Assembly: GCA_951406725.2 (NCBI GenBank)
Contig: OX597827.1
Coordinates: forward strand, 77,500,001 to 77,564,000
Source of the DNA: Octopus vulgaris
Taxonomy: Eukaryota
DNA: 64,000 nt
Direction of reading: 5' to 3'
The notes beneath the pieces are model-generated. The model was not told the DNA's origin. It searched no databases and saw only the letters and a program-made list of their open reading frames with translations. The translations under genes were made by a program, and so were the position numbers. Shown piece after piece: positions 26,930-41,994 of this stretch. Every line of letters starts with the position of its first letter. Position 1 is the stretch's first letter.

Positions 26930-27310
26930 CCGCTGGGTTTTGAACTCAGAATGTTTATATTCATTGGTAAATTACAAGGGAGATTTGGAATAACTCGTTC
27001 GAAGTTCCATATCTCACTGGAAAGGAAACGGGTACGGAAGTAGGGAGCAAAAATGGAAAATTTTTGGAAAATATATTTGTAATTATATATTTGTAATTTT
27101 CGTAAAATGATCTGCATCCAGGTAAAAAAAAAAAAAAGTCACAGGGGTTTTGTCCGGGAGAGGTGTCCAAGGAGGTTTTTGCCTGGGGGGTTTTGTCTGA
27201 ATCTCATAAATTAATTGTGACATTTATTCCTGTGGCTTTATTACCGACCACCATAAATTAATTGTAACTTTATTACTGTAGCTTTTTTTCTTGTGGCTTT
27301 ATTACCGGTC
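26930..27310 (-). mobile_element. Possible decayed MULE transposase remnant plus subterminal repeats
   Basis: Minus-strand peptide RFLSSEIWNFERVIPNLP weakly resembles the MULE motif FPP..WN..R....PRTNN. Adjacent GGGGTTTTGTCC and GTGGCTTTATTACC short repeats are of the kind seen at MULE ends. Confidence 0.3.
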
Positions 27311-27885
27311 ACTAATGATCTACAAGAATACTTTCAAAAAAAAAGGAAGAGGAAAGTACTAACCCATTCCCTTTTTCATGTTGTATGGGGCTTTGAAAGG
27401 ACAGTCATTCCAAAATTCCGCCATTACAAGCATCTCTGGATTCTACAAGCCATAATTCTGAGATAATTTGTTTTCCCCAAAGGTAACATAAACATGAGAG
27501 TAACAAACATTATACGATGTATGTGCGTATATATACATCTATACTGTATATATGTGTATGAGAGTGAATGCATGCGTATGTGTACGTGTGTACATGCATT
27601 TTAAAATTCTATTGGCTTCAGTTATTGGACTGCAGCCGTCTGGAGCACATTCTTTCGGTAAACGAATGCACAAAAATGTGCAACTCGGAGTATCACCTAC
27701 AACTCCCCACCTCGTTTGTACATCTAAACGTCTATTTACCATTATGACAACATAAACAACCAGTCTACAAGTACCACTATCAACATTACGACTATTATGT
27801 ACAAAGTCCTCGGTCGTTGTTTTCCGCCAATTATAGTCTAGGTAGCTAACTACTTCTCCCCCCACTCTCTCTTTCTATATATATA

Positions 27886-28072
27886 TTGTTCTATATTTAA
27901 GAGATGAGGTATTGTGTACATTATTTACATTTGACGGATATTTGTCCTCATCTTGTTTGTTGTTAACACAACATTTCGGCTGATATACCCTCTAACCTTC
28001 ATTAGGTGTCTTGAGTAAATTTCGAACCTGGGTTCTCATTCCTAAGGTATTTTTCGATGTTGCTGTTGCTGC

Positions 28073-28109
<37 letters not shown>

Positions 28110-28182
28110 CACGTCACTGCCTGGAATCGAACTCGGAATCTTGGCGGTTAGTTGCCCGCTCTCTTAACCACTACGCCATATG

Positions 28183-28230
<48 letters not shown>

Positions 28231-28389
28231 GCATCAACAAAATACCTTAGGAAAAATACCTTAGGAATGAGAACCCAGGTTCGAAATTTCCCCAAGACCT
28301 CTGATTAAGGCTGGAGGGTATATCAGCCGAAACGTTGTGTTAACAACAAACAAGATGAGGACAAATATCCGTCAAATGTAAATAACGTA
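27886..28389. mobile_element. Inverted-arm hammerhead/tRNA element, copy 1 (tRNA-like core on minus strand, 28112-28184)
   Basis: The left arm is the reverse complement of the right arm (AAAATACCTTAGGAATGAGAACCCAGGTTCGAAATTTCCCCAAGAC...CCGAAACGTTGTGTTAACAACAAACAAGATGAGGACAAATATCCGTCAAATGT). The core has A box TGGCGTAGTGG and B box GAGTTCGATTCC on the minus strand. Confidence 0.85.
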
Positions 28390-29289
28390 TGTGTGTGTGC
28401 ATATATATATATATATATAAGGATCAACGGTCTTTTCTGAGCCTTAAGCGCTTAAGGCCGTTTTCCCGGATTCTGTGATGACATTTATATCACCCCCACC
28501 TTCCACTGCGGACGTGACGGCCATTCGTCGCAGGATTACTCACTTTTGCCAGTTAAGTGGACTGCAGCAATGTGAAATGGAGTGTTTTGCGCATCATCCG
28601 GTCCAAGAATTGAAACCTCGCATCTCTACAACTAGTGGAGGGGTAGAGATGCTCAAAGCACTTCATGAATATTTGAGCGGTTCTTATTTTATTGACCCAA
28701 GAAAAACGAAAGACAATAGTTAGCATTGCGGGTATTTGAACCCGGAATAGAAACACACATGGCCAAATACTGCCAGCATTCTTTTCAGTGCCTCGACAAT
28801 TCTTCCCTAAAAAACATGCTAGAACAAGTAGCTAAACCATCCTCCAATCTCTCTATTGTTTTAAAAAGTAAAAACGACATAATATCGTGTTGTCCTAGAT
28901 ATGTCTTGTTTGAAAATATAAAAGAATTAAGACGGGATGATCAGATTGGAATGTATTTTAGGTCTGCTGGATGCAACCTGAGCTGGGGATCAGAACAATA
29001 TTAACGAAAGTATTAATTTATAACAAATATCTTCATTTCCCTTCTCAACCGTCAAGCAGACGGTTTAGAAGGAAAATGGCGGCTCAAAGCGTAAAGTGTT
29101 TTACCCAAACTTATGATATTTTAACGATATAAATTCACTTGTTACGAATCGAAACCGGCTCAAAGAATTCCTTTTCTCTGAAGTTGTGCCCTCACACTAG
29201 AGCAGTAGGCAGTTTTTAATGGGTTTTGTGTCATTATTATTTTTTAGGGGCTGTTTTATTAAGATTATAACAACCCTTGGGTAATAATT

Positions 29290-29871
29290 AATAATTAGTG
29301 GTGGCGGTGATGGTATTGTTGATGCTGGTTGTGGCGGAAACGTTGATGAAATGATGGCAGTGGACAGAGTGATGGACATCTTGATGGTGATGCTGTCGGC
29401 GAAGGTGGCGGCGGTGGTGGTAGTGGACTCGGTGACACAATGGTTGTAGTAGCGGTCGTGGTGATAGTGGTGGTAGACCATATTAATGGTTGTGGTGGTG
29501 GTTAGAAAAGAGAAGAGGATTAATGATGACGAAAAACATGTTTACAATGATGGGGATTACAATCATTTATGGTCATTATAAGAATGCTAATCAGGACGAT
29601 GACAATGATGATGATGATGATGATGATGGCGGTGGTTATAATGATTATAACGATGATGATAATGAAGAGGAAGACGAGGTGGATGATGATGATGAGGATA
29701 AAGATGGCGGGTATTGAGTAATGAGATGACGATGATGATGATTATGTTGATGATGGTGATCATCGTGATTACTCATTATCATCATCTTGATGATGATAAA
29801 GAGATACGAGGAAATTACTGCTGCTGCTGCTGATAAATCAGTGGCTATTGTGATGACGATAATGTATGCCT

Positions 29872-29904
<33 letters not shown>

Positions 29905-31885
29905 GGTGTAGTTGTGTTTGTGGTAGTGATGATGATGACGATGGTGATATTATAGAAGGTGGTGATGGTGATGGTTGTGATGGTGGTATGAAATGATGAT
30001 AATGTACTTATGATGGTGTAGTTTGTCTTGTTGTTGGTCGTGGTGCTGCTGGTTGGGGTGGTAGAAGTTGTGAGGATGGTGATGATGGTAGTGGTGTCCT
30101 TGTTATTAGTAATTGTGACATTCATGATGATGATGGCGGTGGTGGTGGTGGTGGTGGTGGTGGTGGTGGTGGTGGTGGTAGTTGTGGTGGTGGTGATTGC
30201 GACGGTGATTGTGATGGTGGTGTAACGGTGGTGGTGGTCATCGTCGTGGCGGTGGTGTTGATGGTGGTGGTGGTGATATTGTGGTTGATGGTTATAGTAG
30301 AAGTGATGATGATGATGATGATGATGATGATGTGTTTCTACGATGGTGACGGGTGGCATTGTTTGTGGTTGAGGTGATGGTGTTATCGGTGTTGATGGTA
30401 TGATGGTAATGATAACGGTTGTTGTTGTTATTCAACTCCAGGTCTCCTCTAATCAGGCAGACCCACGAACAAAGGTATCCAGTTATGACCACCCTGCCTT
30501 ATCCCACATACACAGTGCATTTAGCACTCTAATATCCAATGTGTCCTTCCTTCTAAGTTAGCAAGGTGTGGCATGAAGGAGATTTGGCTGCTATTTCTAG
30601 AAGAGTGACACACACAGAGGCTCCAGTAGGGAGGATAATTACTGTGATGATGATGATGATGATGATGATGATGGTGGTGGTGCTTTTGGTGGTGGTGGTG
30701 ATGGTGATGATGATGATGGTGGTGATGGTTTTGGTGGTGGTGGTGGTGATGATGATGGTGGTGGTATTGTCTGTTGTTATTGGTGGTGGTGGAGGTGGCG
30801 GTAGATGGGCGGTGTGGGGGTTTCAGTGGTGACTATAGTGATGATGATGATGATGATGATGGTTAAGGACAAGGTGGAAATAAATAATGGCAGAGATGGT
30901 ATTAGATTAATGACAATGAGGTAGAGGAGGAGGAGGAGGTGGGTGGTGGTGAGGGTCAGGTGTGTCTGTGGGGGGGTGTAAATATGATGATGATGATGTA
31001 GATGATAGTGATGGCAGCAGAGAGGGAAATGAGGAGGAGGAGGAGGAGGAAGAGGAAAGAGAACTCTTTCATGACTGTTGTGATGACGATGGTGGTGATG
31101 GTGTTAGTGGTGGGGGTGGGTAGTGGTGGTGTTGTTAGAGATGGTAATAATTATGATAATGGTCATGATCACAATGATGATGATGGTGATGTTGGTAGTG
31201 TTGGTGGTGATGATGATGACGATGATGTTTGTCGTGGTTAGTGGTCACGGTGGGAGGGGGGGTTATGAAGGGAGTGGTGGTGCTGGTGGTGACGATGACG
31301 ATGATGATGATGATGGCAATGATGTTGACAATAACAATGTTAATAATGAAGATGATGGTATTGATTATAGCAATATCAATGATGATGATGATGATGATGA
31401 TGATGATAGTGACAGCAGAGGTGTCATTGGTGGTGAAGGTGATGGGAGGGGGGTGACGATGGCCTTGATGTTGACAATAATGATGATGATGTTGATGATG
31501 ATGATGATGATGTTGATGATGATGATGGATATATTTTGTCAATTTTTTATATGAAAAACTGTTCAAATAGTGTTTTTTTGTTATTTTATTTTTAGTTGCT
31601 TTTTTTGTTGTTTTTTTTCTCTCTTTTTGCACTGTTAGCTGTTGTTTAACCCCAGGTCAGTGCTCCACATACAGGTTCTACAACAAAAGGTGTTACAATT
31701 ACAACCCCCCACCCCGCTCCCAGACAGACAGACAGCATCCAGTCTGAGGTGTCCTTCCTTTCATAAGACAGTACCGTATGATGGGAGGTAGATTTTGCTA
31801 CTTTTTCCAGCAGATCAACCAACCACTGTTGTGGTGGTCATTCACTGGTGTTAGTGGCTGTTTGTGCTAAAGTTGTGATAGTAGT

Positions 31886-31957
<72 letters not shown>

Positions 31958-32456
31958 TGTAGATGTTGTTATTGTGGTGGTTGTTGTGATGGGTGGTACT
32001 TGTGTGTTGTTGTAATGCTTGTGAAGTGGTTGTTTGTGTTGTTGTAGACATGTGGTGATGACAATAGTGATAGTAGTACTTGTGGAATGGGTGTTTGTGC
32101 TGTAGTAGGACTGAGGTGGTGGTGGTGGTGGTGATAGTGGTGTTCCTGCTGTTGTGGTGGTGGTAGTGGTGGTGTCTTTTATTTTTTAAGATATCAGTGA
32201 TGAGTGAAGTTTGTGTTGTTGCTGTTGGTGGTAGTGATGGAAGACGTGGTGGTGGTGATGGTGGTGGTGATGGTGGAGACGGTACAGGTGGTAGTAGTGG
32301 TGGGGTGATAGTTCTTGTCATCGTCATGGTAGTTGTGATGGTGGTGATGGTGATGGTAGTAGTAGTAGTAATAGTGATGGAGGTTGTGTTGTTGGTGGTG
32401 GTGGTGGGTGCTAGTGGTGGTCATGGTGGAGATGGTGCAGGTGGTAGTGGTGGTGA

Positions 32457-32487
<31 letters not shown>

Positions 32488-34100
32488 GGTGGTTGTGGCA
32501 GTAGTAGTGATGGTGGTGGTGGTCGTCGTCATCATGGTGGTGATGGTGGTTATCAGTGTGGTAGTGGTGGTTGTGGCAGTAGTAGTGATGGTGGTGGTGG
32601 TCGTCGTCATCATAGTCATGGTTGTGGTAGCAGTGATGGTGGTAGTATTGATTAAGCCTTGTTTATGGTGGTTGTGATATTGATGTAATAAATGTTTGTG
32701 GCGGTGGTGGTGGTGGTGGTTTTAGTGGTATCGTAGAGGTGAAAGTGATGGTGGTGGTGGTGGTGATGTCAGTACTGTACTGTACTGATGATGGTATCGA
32801 TATAGTCTATTTGGTGGTGCTGTTATTGACATGGTAGTGTTATAATGGTGACGGTGGTGGCGATGATGGCGGTGGCGATGGTGGTAGTGATGATGATGGT
32901 GATGGTGGTGATGATGATGATGGTGGTAGTGGTGGTGGTGGTGGTGGTGTCAATGGCGGTGATGATGGTGATGATGATGATCGTGGTGGTGGTGGTGGTG
33001 GCAATGATGGTGATGATGATGGTGATGATGGTGGTGATGATGGTGATGATGGTGGTGATGATGGTGATGATGGTGATGATGATGGTGATGATGGTGGTGA
33101 TGATGGTGGTGGTGGTGATAATGATGATGATGGTGGTGGTGGTAGTGGTAGTGGTGGTGGCAATGGTGGTGATGATGATGGTGATGATGGTGATGATGAT
33201 GGTGATGATGATAGTGGTGATGGTGGTGATGTGATGGTGGTGGTGATGATAGTGATGGTGGTGATGGTGATGATGATAGTGATGGTGGTGATGGTGTACT
33301 GAGTTGGAGGTGATGTTGGTAGTGATGGTGATGGTGACGATGGTGGTAATGATGATGATGATGATGACAGTGGTGGTGGTGGTGGTGGTGGTGTAACTGT
33401 TGCTGTGTCAGTTGTTTATTTTACCTTTCAGTTATCACAACAAAGGCCAACTCCCACAACCCTTTATTAATTTAAGGGCCACTCTGACTGATGGGATGAA
33501 AGGAGGAAGGCATCCTCAATTCAAACACATCTTCCAAATGCCCGCAACAGAGTGGACCCTACTAAAAGTACCCCCGTGGACCAAGTGATGGGTTCAAACC
33601 AGGAGACGGATACATTCACCCACTCAGGAACTCAGGACTCAAAGGGGCCGCAGTAAATATCAAAAGGTATCTCTGTTCAACACTCTAAAAATTCTTCCAA
33701 CCCTTGGTTTTAGGCTGGTGTGTTATTTATTGACCCTGAAAAGATAAAAAGGTAAAGTTGTCTTTATCAGGGTTTGAACCCAGAATGCACAGAACCAGAA
33801 CCAACACTGGACAACGTGTTTTGCCCTCCACTCTAACAACTCAGCCAAGTCTCTGCTGTTGTTTTTTGTTGTTGTTGTTACTGTTGTTGTTGTTGTTGTG
33901 GGTAGTGTTTTGTTATTGCAGTTGTTGTTTTTGATGACGATGATGATGGTGATGAAGAGGAAGAGGAGGAGGAGGAGGAAGTAGAAGGGGGGAGGGCAAC
34001 AATGACAATGATTGTGTTGATGAGGATTACGGTTGTGATGATGGTGATGCCACTGCTGCTATGACTGCTGCTGCTGCTGCTGAATATGACTACGACAGCA

Positions 34101-34133
<33 letters not shown>

Positions 34134-34422
34134 GCGGCGGCGGCGGCGAGGAAGTTGATGTTGTTGCTGCTGCTGTTTTGTTAGTGCAGTTGTTGTTCAT
34201 GATGAACATGGGGATGATGATGATGATGATGGCAATGATGACGCTTATGGTGATGGTGATGATGATGATAATGCTATTGTTGATGATGGTGGTGGTGGTG
34301 GTAGCGGTGAAGTTAATATTGCTGCCTTTTTGTCAGTGCAGTTACTGTTGTTGGTGATGATGATAATGATGATGATGATGACGATGACGATGATGATGAT
34401 GATGATGATGATGACGATGATG

Positions 34423-34454
<32 letters not shown>

Positions 34455-35230
34455 ACTATTGTTGATATCGCTGTTATCTTTTTTTCTGATGTTGCTGTGT
34501 ATATTAGTTGCTGTTAGTAGTGTCTTTATTCGTGATGGTGGTGAACATAACGGTGGTGATATTGGTAGTCATAGTGAAGATGCTGGTGGTGGTGGTGGCG
34601 ATGAAGACAGCGATGGTGATGATGGTGAAGCCAGGCGGTAGTAGCCATAGCGTAAGATAACGGTGATGATGGAGGAGAGCTGATGATGGCGGGGAGGGGG
34701 GAGATAGTGATGGTGATGGTGATGGTGGTAGTCACAGTGAAGGGAAAAGAATTATGCAAGTGGAGGAGGAGATGGTGGTGGTGGTGGTGGCGGCGGCGTT
34801 GGTAGTCATAGCGAAGATAATGGTGATGATGGAGGGCTGATGCTGCTGGAGATATTCGTGCGCTGGGTGGATGGAGCGGCGGCGGCGGAGATGGCGGCGG
34901 TGGTGGTGGCGGTGGTGGTGGTGGTGGTGGTGGTAATGCTGGTTGTTAATGCGATAGTGATGGTAGTGGCAGTAGCTGACAGCGATGGTACGAGGAGGGG
35001 GGAGGGAGTGTTGTGTGGCAGTCGTTGTGTGGCAGTCGTAGTAGTAGTAGTGGTGGTAGTAGTGGTATTAATGGTAGTAGTGATGTTTGGCAGAGTGAAG
35101 GTAGTGTTAGGGGTGGTGGGGAGGAAGGAAGTATGATGGTAGCCGTAATGAGTGCGGCGGCGGCGGCGATGGTGATGGTGGTGGTGGCGGTGGTGGTAGT
35201 GATGGTGGTGGTGGGTTGGCTGTGGTGATT
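29290..35230. repeat. Long G+T-biased cryptic trinucleotide block (GAT/GGT/AGT), with a few SINE remnants
   Basis: Directly visible. Confidence 0.95.
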
Positions 35231-35339
35231 GTTAGGGTTGGACTTGATGTCGGTGGGGTAAGGTGGCTAGAAGTGAAATATCGTGGACCAGGGGTACCCT
35301 GGTTAATGGAGGGAAGGAAGGGTCGGGTGGGTTAAGGAG

Positions 35340-36400
35340 TGGAATGGAGTGAGGTGGAGTGGAGTGGAGTGGAGTGGAGCGGAGCGGAGTTGGATGTCTG
35401 TGTGTGTTGGATAAATTGTTAGAGACAGACAGAGAAAGAGGACAGCCTGACAGATAGAAAGATAGATAGACAAGTTGGTAGATAGAGAGATACGGGAGAT
35501 TGACTGATGGACAGACAGAAAGGCAGAGAGGAAAGAAGAGAGGAGGACAAAGAAAAATAGAAAAGGATAAGTAATTATAAATAGAGAGAGAGTGAGAGAT
35601 AGAAAGGATATACAGAGAGAGAGAGAGATAGGAAGGATATACAGAGAGAGAGTGAGAGATAGAAAGGATATACAGAGAGAGAGAGATAGAAAGGATATAC
35701 AGAGAGAGAGAGATGAAAGGAGAGAAGATAGATAGATAGATAATGAATTAGAAAGGTAGGGTGGATGGATAGATAGAAGAGATAGAGAGAGAGAGAGAGA
35801 GATTGGGAGAAAGAGAGAGAGATGTGATAGAAAGGAAGAAGAAAAGAGGTGGAAGCCATGTAAATTGTGGAAGGAGGAAGGAGGAGGAGGAGGAGGAGAT
35901 GAAGTTTATTTCTTGTCTGTCTGTGTGTAGTTTGTTGGGGAGTTCCGCAATCAGAAGCAAGCTAAATAGAGAGAGAGAGGTTTTTAATGAGAGAGGAGTG
36001 TAATGATATGAGAGAAGGAGTAATGAAGAGAGAGAGAGAGAGTGAGTTAGAGTGAGAGAGAGTTGTGATGAGAGATGGATGTAATTATGTGAGAGGGTGA
36101 ACGGAGCATTGAGGGAGAGATTTTATAAGAGATATGCGAGAGGCAGAGGGGGAGAAGGAAGAGAGGACAGAGTGACATGGAGATAGAAAAACAGATAAAC
36201 ATATAAGAGGAGGAGTGGGGGAAAAGAGAGTAAAAGCAACAAGGACAGAGAAAGGTAGATAAATGTGTTAGAGGAGAAGTGCCAGCGAAAAAGAGAGAGG
36301 GAGAGAGGTAGGGAAAATACATATTAAGAAAGGGGAGTAGTGAGGGGAATTTCTACAAACAGGAAAAAGAAGAGAGAGAGAGAGAGAGAGGGGGGTGCAA
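35340..36400. repeat. Purine-rich tract: (GGAGT)n, (GA)n and about 30-bp GAGATAGAAAGGATATACAGAGAG tandem units
   Basis: Directly visible, e.g. 35580-35710. Confidence 0.85.
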
Positions 36401-36525
36401 AAGAAAGACTAAAACTGAATTAGCGAGAATGAGGGAGGGTGAGAGCTTTTATGAAATAACACATCCATACATATAAAACTGTGTAAACACATACTGTATG
36501 TATAGTGTACATCCACATATACGCG

Positions 36526-36669
36526 TATAAAGAGAGGGAGAAGCTGACAAGGCGAGGGGGAGTGGGAGAGTTTGGTAGGGAGAAAAGCGGAGGAAATAGC
36601 AACAACAACAACAGCAACAACTACAAGCGTAGAGAAAACCACGAGAGGAGGGAAGCCAGTGAGATGGAG
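36526..36669 (+). promoter_or_regulatory. Candidate TATA promoter and non-coding first exon (possibly of the C2H2 gene)
   Basis: TATAAAG at 36526, then non-TE sequence ending in a consensus donor GAG|GTAAGT (GT at 36670). Sequence signals only; no transcript evidence. Confidence 0.35.
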
Positions 36670-37024
36670 GTAAGTTCTAGCCGTCCTAACTCCCATGTTT
36701 TGCCTATAATGTTTATTTTCGTGCAGCAAGGTGCTCCTAGGCTACACATCGTCTAAGATGGATGTAAGGGATTTCTGGTTTGCCATTCGTCTTCTTTTCT
36801 ACACACCGGAGTTTCGTGGGTTTTCTGCAACATAATAATATAGATGGATGGATCGACTGACACACACACCGAAGTGCCTCTTCTACAACTCTGCCGTCGC
36901 TTATATTCACATACATACACGCACAGACACGCATCTATACACACACACCCCTACACACATATATATACACAATACATACACACACACATACGTATACATA
37001 CGCACATATATGCTTCTATATTTG

Positions 37025-37060
<36 letters not shown>

Positions 37061-37105
37061 AGTTTGTACATAATAATCTTCCTCTCTCCTCTATGTGTGT
37101 GTGTG

Positions 37106-37138
<33 letters not shown>

Positions 37139-37313
37139 GTGTGTACACTGCATATGTTTGCATGAATATATATATTATACTTTATAATATATATATCTAG
37201 ATATTGAGTCTATGTGTGTGTGTGCATGTATGCATATATATATATATATATTCTGACAGCTACACACATTTTGTGTAGTGTATTTATATATAAATGATTT
37301 GTGTATATGTACG

Positions 37314-37345
<32 letters not shown>

Positions 37346-37635
37346 CTGTATATATATGTGTGTGTGTAATTATAAATAAGTGTATGTGTGTGTGTGTAAT
37401 TATAAATAAGTGTATGTGTGTGTGTGTTATACTAATAGTGATGCTAGCTACCATCACAAGCAGCAGCATCATCATGATGTCCTCGTCGGCTACACCATCA
37501 TCATTATCATATTAAGCGTATGTACACTCACCAACATCTATAGGCTTCAGTGTGTGTGTTTGTCTGTATCATAAATATGATGTAGCATGCATTCGGGGTA
37601 ACTGTTGTAAATATAGAGGTACACACACACACACG

Positions 37636-37708
<73 letters not shown>

Positions 37709-37853
37709 CACACGTACGTACGTTTATACATACATACTTATATACACAGCTATATAACCATCACGACTAAGGCCAATCTATGTATGTAAAATATACGCAG
37801 CGTAAACACTACATATATATCTGATTAGGTCTTTATATTATCATATTTCTACG

Positions 37854-37896
<43 letters not shown>

Positions 37897-38010
37897 CACA
37901 TATATAGTGTTGTATTAAACTTTTTGCACACAACGTAGGTGCTTCTATGTGTAAGTCCACATATATTTATTAGTATATAAACACATGGACACACACACAC
38001 ACACACACAC

Positions 38011-38049
<39 letters not shown>

Positions 38050-38682
38050 CACGATGTTCATCTAGTGAGTTGCCCCTTTCAAATTTTCAACGGTCGATTC
38101 ATATAATCGGCTATTCGCCCGTTGAATGGCAGGTTCCCTTCTCCATGGAAATAGCTATGGGAACGGCACCATGGCAAAAGTCACCCTCTCTTTCTCTCCT
38201 CTCTCTCTCTCTAAATGTATATATATATATATGTGTGTGTGTGTAGGTATATATATATATATATATATATGTGTATATTTATGCGTGTGTGTGTGTATGC
38301 ATATAGTTATATGTGTGTGTGTGTCTGACTTTCTCCTTGTTTCTTTTCTATCAATTATTCTATTATGTCTGTATAACTGTCTGCCTATATACACACACAC
38401 ACACACACACACACATATATGTATATATAAATATAAATTTATTAGTCAATCAGTCTATCCATTTGTCTGTCAATCTGTCTGTCTTTCCCTGTGTCACTCT
38501 GTCTCCGACGTTGGCATGTTTGTTCCTCTAATGAGCTGTCGCTTGCTTCAATACCGTCTGGATGACTTTTAATTACTACCACCTACTCTGCCCCATCACC
38601 ACCACATCACTCATTACAACTACACACACGCACACACAGTCGTATGTATGTATGTATCTGTCTGTCTCTCTCTCTCTAGCTC

Positions 38683-38751
<69 letters not shown>

Positions 38752-39122
38752 ATATATATATATGGTTATATGTATTTGTGTGGCTGTATAATATATATAT
38801 CAGTGGCTATCCTATGTGTGTGTGTATGTGTACATGTATGTATGGATATACCTATGTATTATCATATATATATCCATACACGTATGTAATCCAAATGTGT
38901 GGTTACGTACACATGTGTGTATATATGTATGTATGTATGTATGCATACTTTAAAAAAAAAATCTAAGCGTGTGTGTATATACTGTGTGTGTGTGTGTGTG
39001 TGTGCCAGTAGCCGGCCGTAATTGTGTCTCCCTGTACCGCCTGCTTCCACCTGCAGTCGACTATAATTTATAGTACTTTTAACAATACAACCATGCAGTC
39101 TGACATCTGACACATCCACACA

Positions 39123-39158
<36 letters not shown>

Positions 39159-40672
39159 GCCGCGCGGCCGTACACATACTTATGTCTCTTCGCACGGACA
39201 CACACACAAGCCTTTCTCCCTTTACTGCCACACACACACACACACACACTTGTCTTCTGTGGGTGTGCGGAAACACCTATGTGATTGTCTGTGAGTTGAG
39301 GAAAATATTTGAAAATAATTCTGGACAGGATTTCTTACACATTATATTCAGTGTTTGTGTTCTTATTACATGCTTAAGCGCGTAATTTATATATGTATAT
39401 ATACACATACCTCTCACGAGTAGTACCCTTAATTGTTTAAAAGGTCACCCGTTTTGTGATTCTGCTGGGGGTAAGTAACAAAGTTCCAGCCATGTGGGGT
39501 TGACCAGACGAATGTTTTCAAGAGAGTGGAATATTTAAAATAAAGTGGATGGCGGGAGATGGATAGAAAAAGATTTTAATAAAGAGACGGACAAAGTGAG
39601 AGAGAAGTGGATAATGAAAAGATGGACCTTAGTGTGATAAAAGCTCGTTTCTGTTGGTTTAAAGACGTTCAGCTTGTTAGATTGCCGTGCCCGAAGAAAC
39701 ACCAAAACCTGATGGTGGAGAGGAGAATTAATCCACAATATTCAATTAGTTTGCAACATTTTGGGAGGTCGTCGAACCATTTGCTGTGGCTGTTTGTATT
39801 TTAAGTGAAGGAAAACACTCATCATCCGTGTTGACCATGCTAACGAAACCTCATTATTTTATCACACAGCTCATTGTCTCATCAATATTTCGATCTCTGG
39901 TCCTTGCAGACATAATAGGGCGTCTCTCCTACTGTCAGTTGGAAGACGTGGGGCGAAGCTAAACAAGTCCCCTGTCGACTCTGATAAAAAACCCATTCAA
40001 ATTGTAACCATCACACCCTTTTCCTCAACCCCAAGGAATAGTGTACACTGGACTGTGTTATAACAATGTCTCTTTTTTTTTAAGGCCGTTCTAAGGGAGA
40101 TTTGACTGCTATTGGAAGCAGGTCTATCGACCACGTACAGACTCCCTCATTTAATGTTGGCAGATCTGAATTAGTCACACTAGCTGTGAATGTTTCTCTG
40201 CATTGCAGTCGCTGACTGGGACTTCTGCCATCTCTTGTCTCACGTTCACTCAAAACATCGATGAGGCTTCAGATAAAAACTGACCCTTTTCCCAAGAAGC
40301 TTCTCGTTGACATAATCCATCTGTCAATGTGGAACTTCTTGTAGGTCGAATGGTTGAGGAGTTAACTTCGCAAGCACAGGGTCTCGGGTTCGATCCTGCT
40401 ATTTTGTATCTTGGGCAAATGTCATTTTTTTAAAGCTTTGAGTTGACGGTAACTCTCTTAGCGGTTGGATTGTACCTGTCATCCAAAGAGGCATAGCCTT
40501 GTCATGCATTGTATCACGCTGGTTCTCCCTGAGAATTATTTGAAGGTTATTTGTGGAATATTCAGTCATTTGAACGTTAATTCAGGAGCGGGTAATTCGG
40601 TTGATCGAACAAGTTTATGGGAAAGAGTGACCGGCTGAATAATATTTCGTCTCAATATACCTTTGCATAGAT

Positions 40673-40914
40673 CTGTGGTTCTCAACCAGTTTTTGTTTAT
40701 GCACCCCTTTGATTACTAATTTACTCAGGTAGATTCTCACAACTATTCGGTGTTTAAAAAGATCCCATTATATTTTTATAATAAAATATTAATAGGAATT
40801 GTATAAAAGAATTGTTAAAATATTTTGTGTATCGTAGAAGTATGACTAATTTATTGCACATAGATTCAACGAAATCTTACCAAGAGTCATCCGGATCCTG
40901 GTTGAAAACCATTG
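40673..40914. mobile_element. hAT (Charlie-like) MITE
   Basis: Ends CTGTGGTTCTCAACC ... GGTTGAAAACCATTG, matching the CAGTGGTTCTCAAC hAT TIR type. Confidence 0.6.
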
Positions 40915-41994
40915 TCACTGATCGTAATTGTCCTAATTCGATATTTCTCGGGTGTTCCTGTCGTGAGCAACTAATTGAGACCGAAGGCTATACATCGTGT
41001 TCATAATGTACAGTCCAGAAGAATGTATTTGTGCTGTATATGACTCAAACTTGGAGCAAATTTAGCACCTGTTTAGGAAAATAGGTCTCTGACCATTCAT
41101 GGGTTGGTTATTTTGAAGAATGGGGCATTTATTTGCAAATATGGCAGTTTATCAGACGCATGGCTCCTCAGTAAATAAACCTCACCTTGATGTGAAACAG
41201 GACAAATAATCAATACTGTAAAAACAAAGGCCTAGAACTACAAAGTGGGGCACTTCTTAAATCAACAGTTACAACCTCTGAAACTTTATTCTTGATTACG
41301 GGTTGTGAGAATCTTCTGGTTTTGTCATGGGTTTTCTTTAAATGCTAATTCCGTAGCAACCAAGTCTCATGTTTAGCTTTTGGTGGACTGGATCACTCAA
41401 AGGGTGGAGGGACTTTTAAAAACACGCAAGGCTGTTTGCTCGTTGTTTGCTAATGTTTCTAAATGGTAAAAGAAAGAATATCCCTTGTTTCAGAGGATTT
41501 GTATTTAGTGGGAGTAAACATGGACTAAATTGGGATCTAATAGCATCTAGAGTAAAGACACGAAATTCTCAGCTCTTTGTAGGCCGGGGGCTCTGGCTCT
41601 TTTTGTAAACCTAGCAAATATTTGAAAAAGAGAAAACCTCGAGTAAATGAGGAACACCACCGCTAACAACCCAGCACACCTCTAATTCATACTTTTTCCA
41701 CCGATATTCTTCAAAGCAAACTTTCAACCTTTTGCGCGCTCTCTCGCGCACACACTCGTTTTTGTCTTTGTATACGTAGTGAATAGTCCCAACCGAAATA
41801 AACACACACTAAATGCACATCTAAATGATTAAGAAATATACGATTCACAACTTTTATGATAAAGACAGGGAATTCCGTTTATACACACACACATGTGTAT
41901 GATGGGAGATTGCCCGTCGAAAACGATGTGCGAGTGTTCAGTAACGAACTGCAGCGACTCCACCAAACCAGAAGAACAACATTCAGATGTGTGT

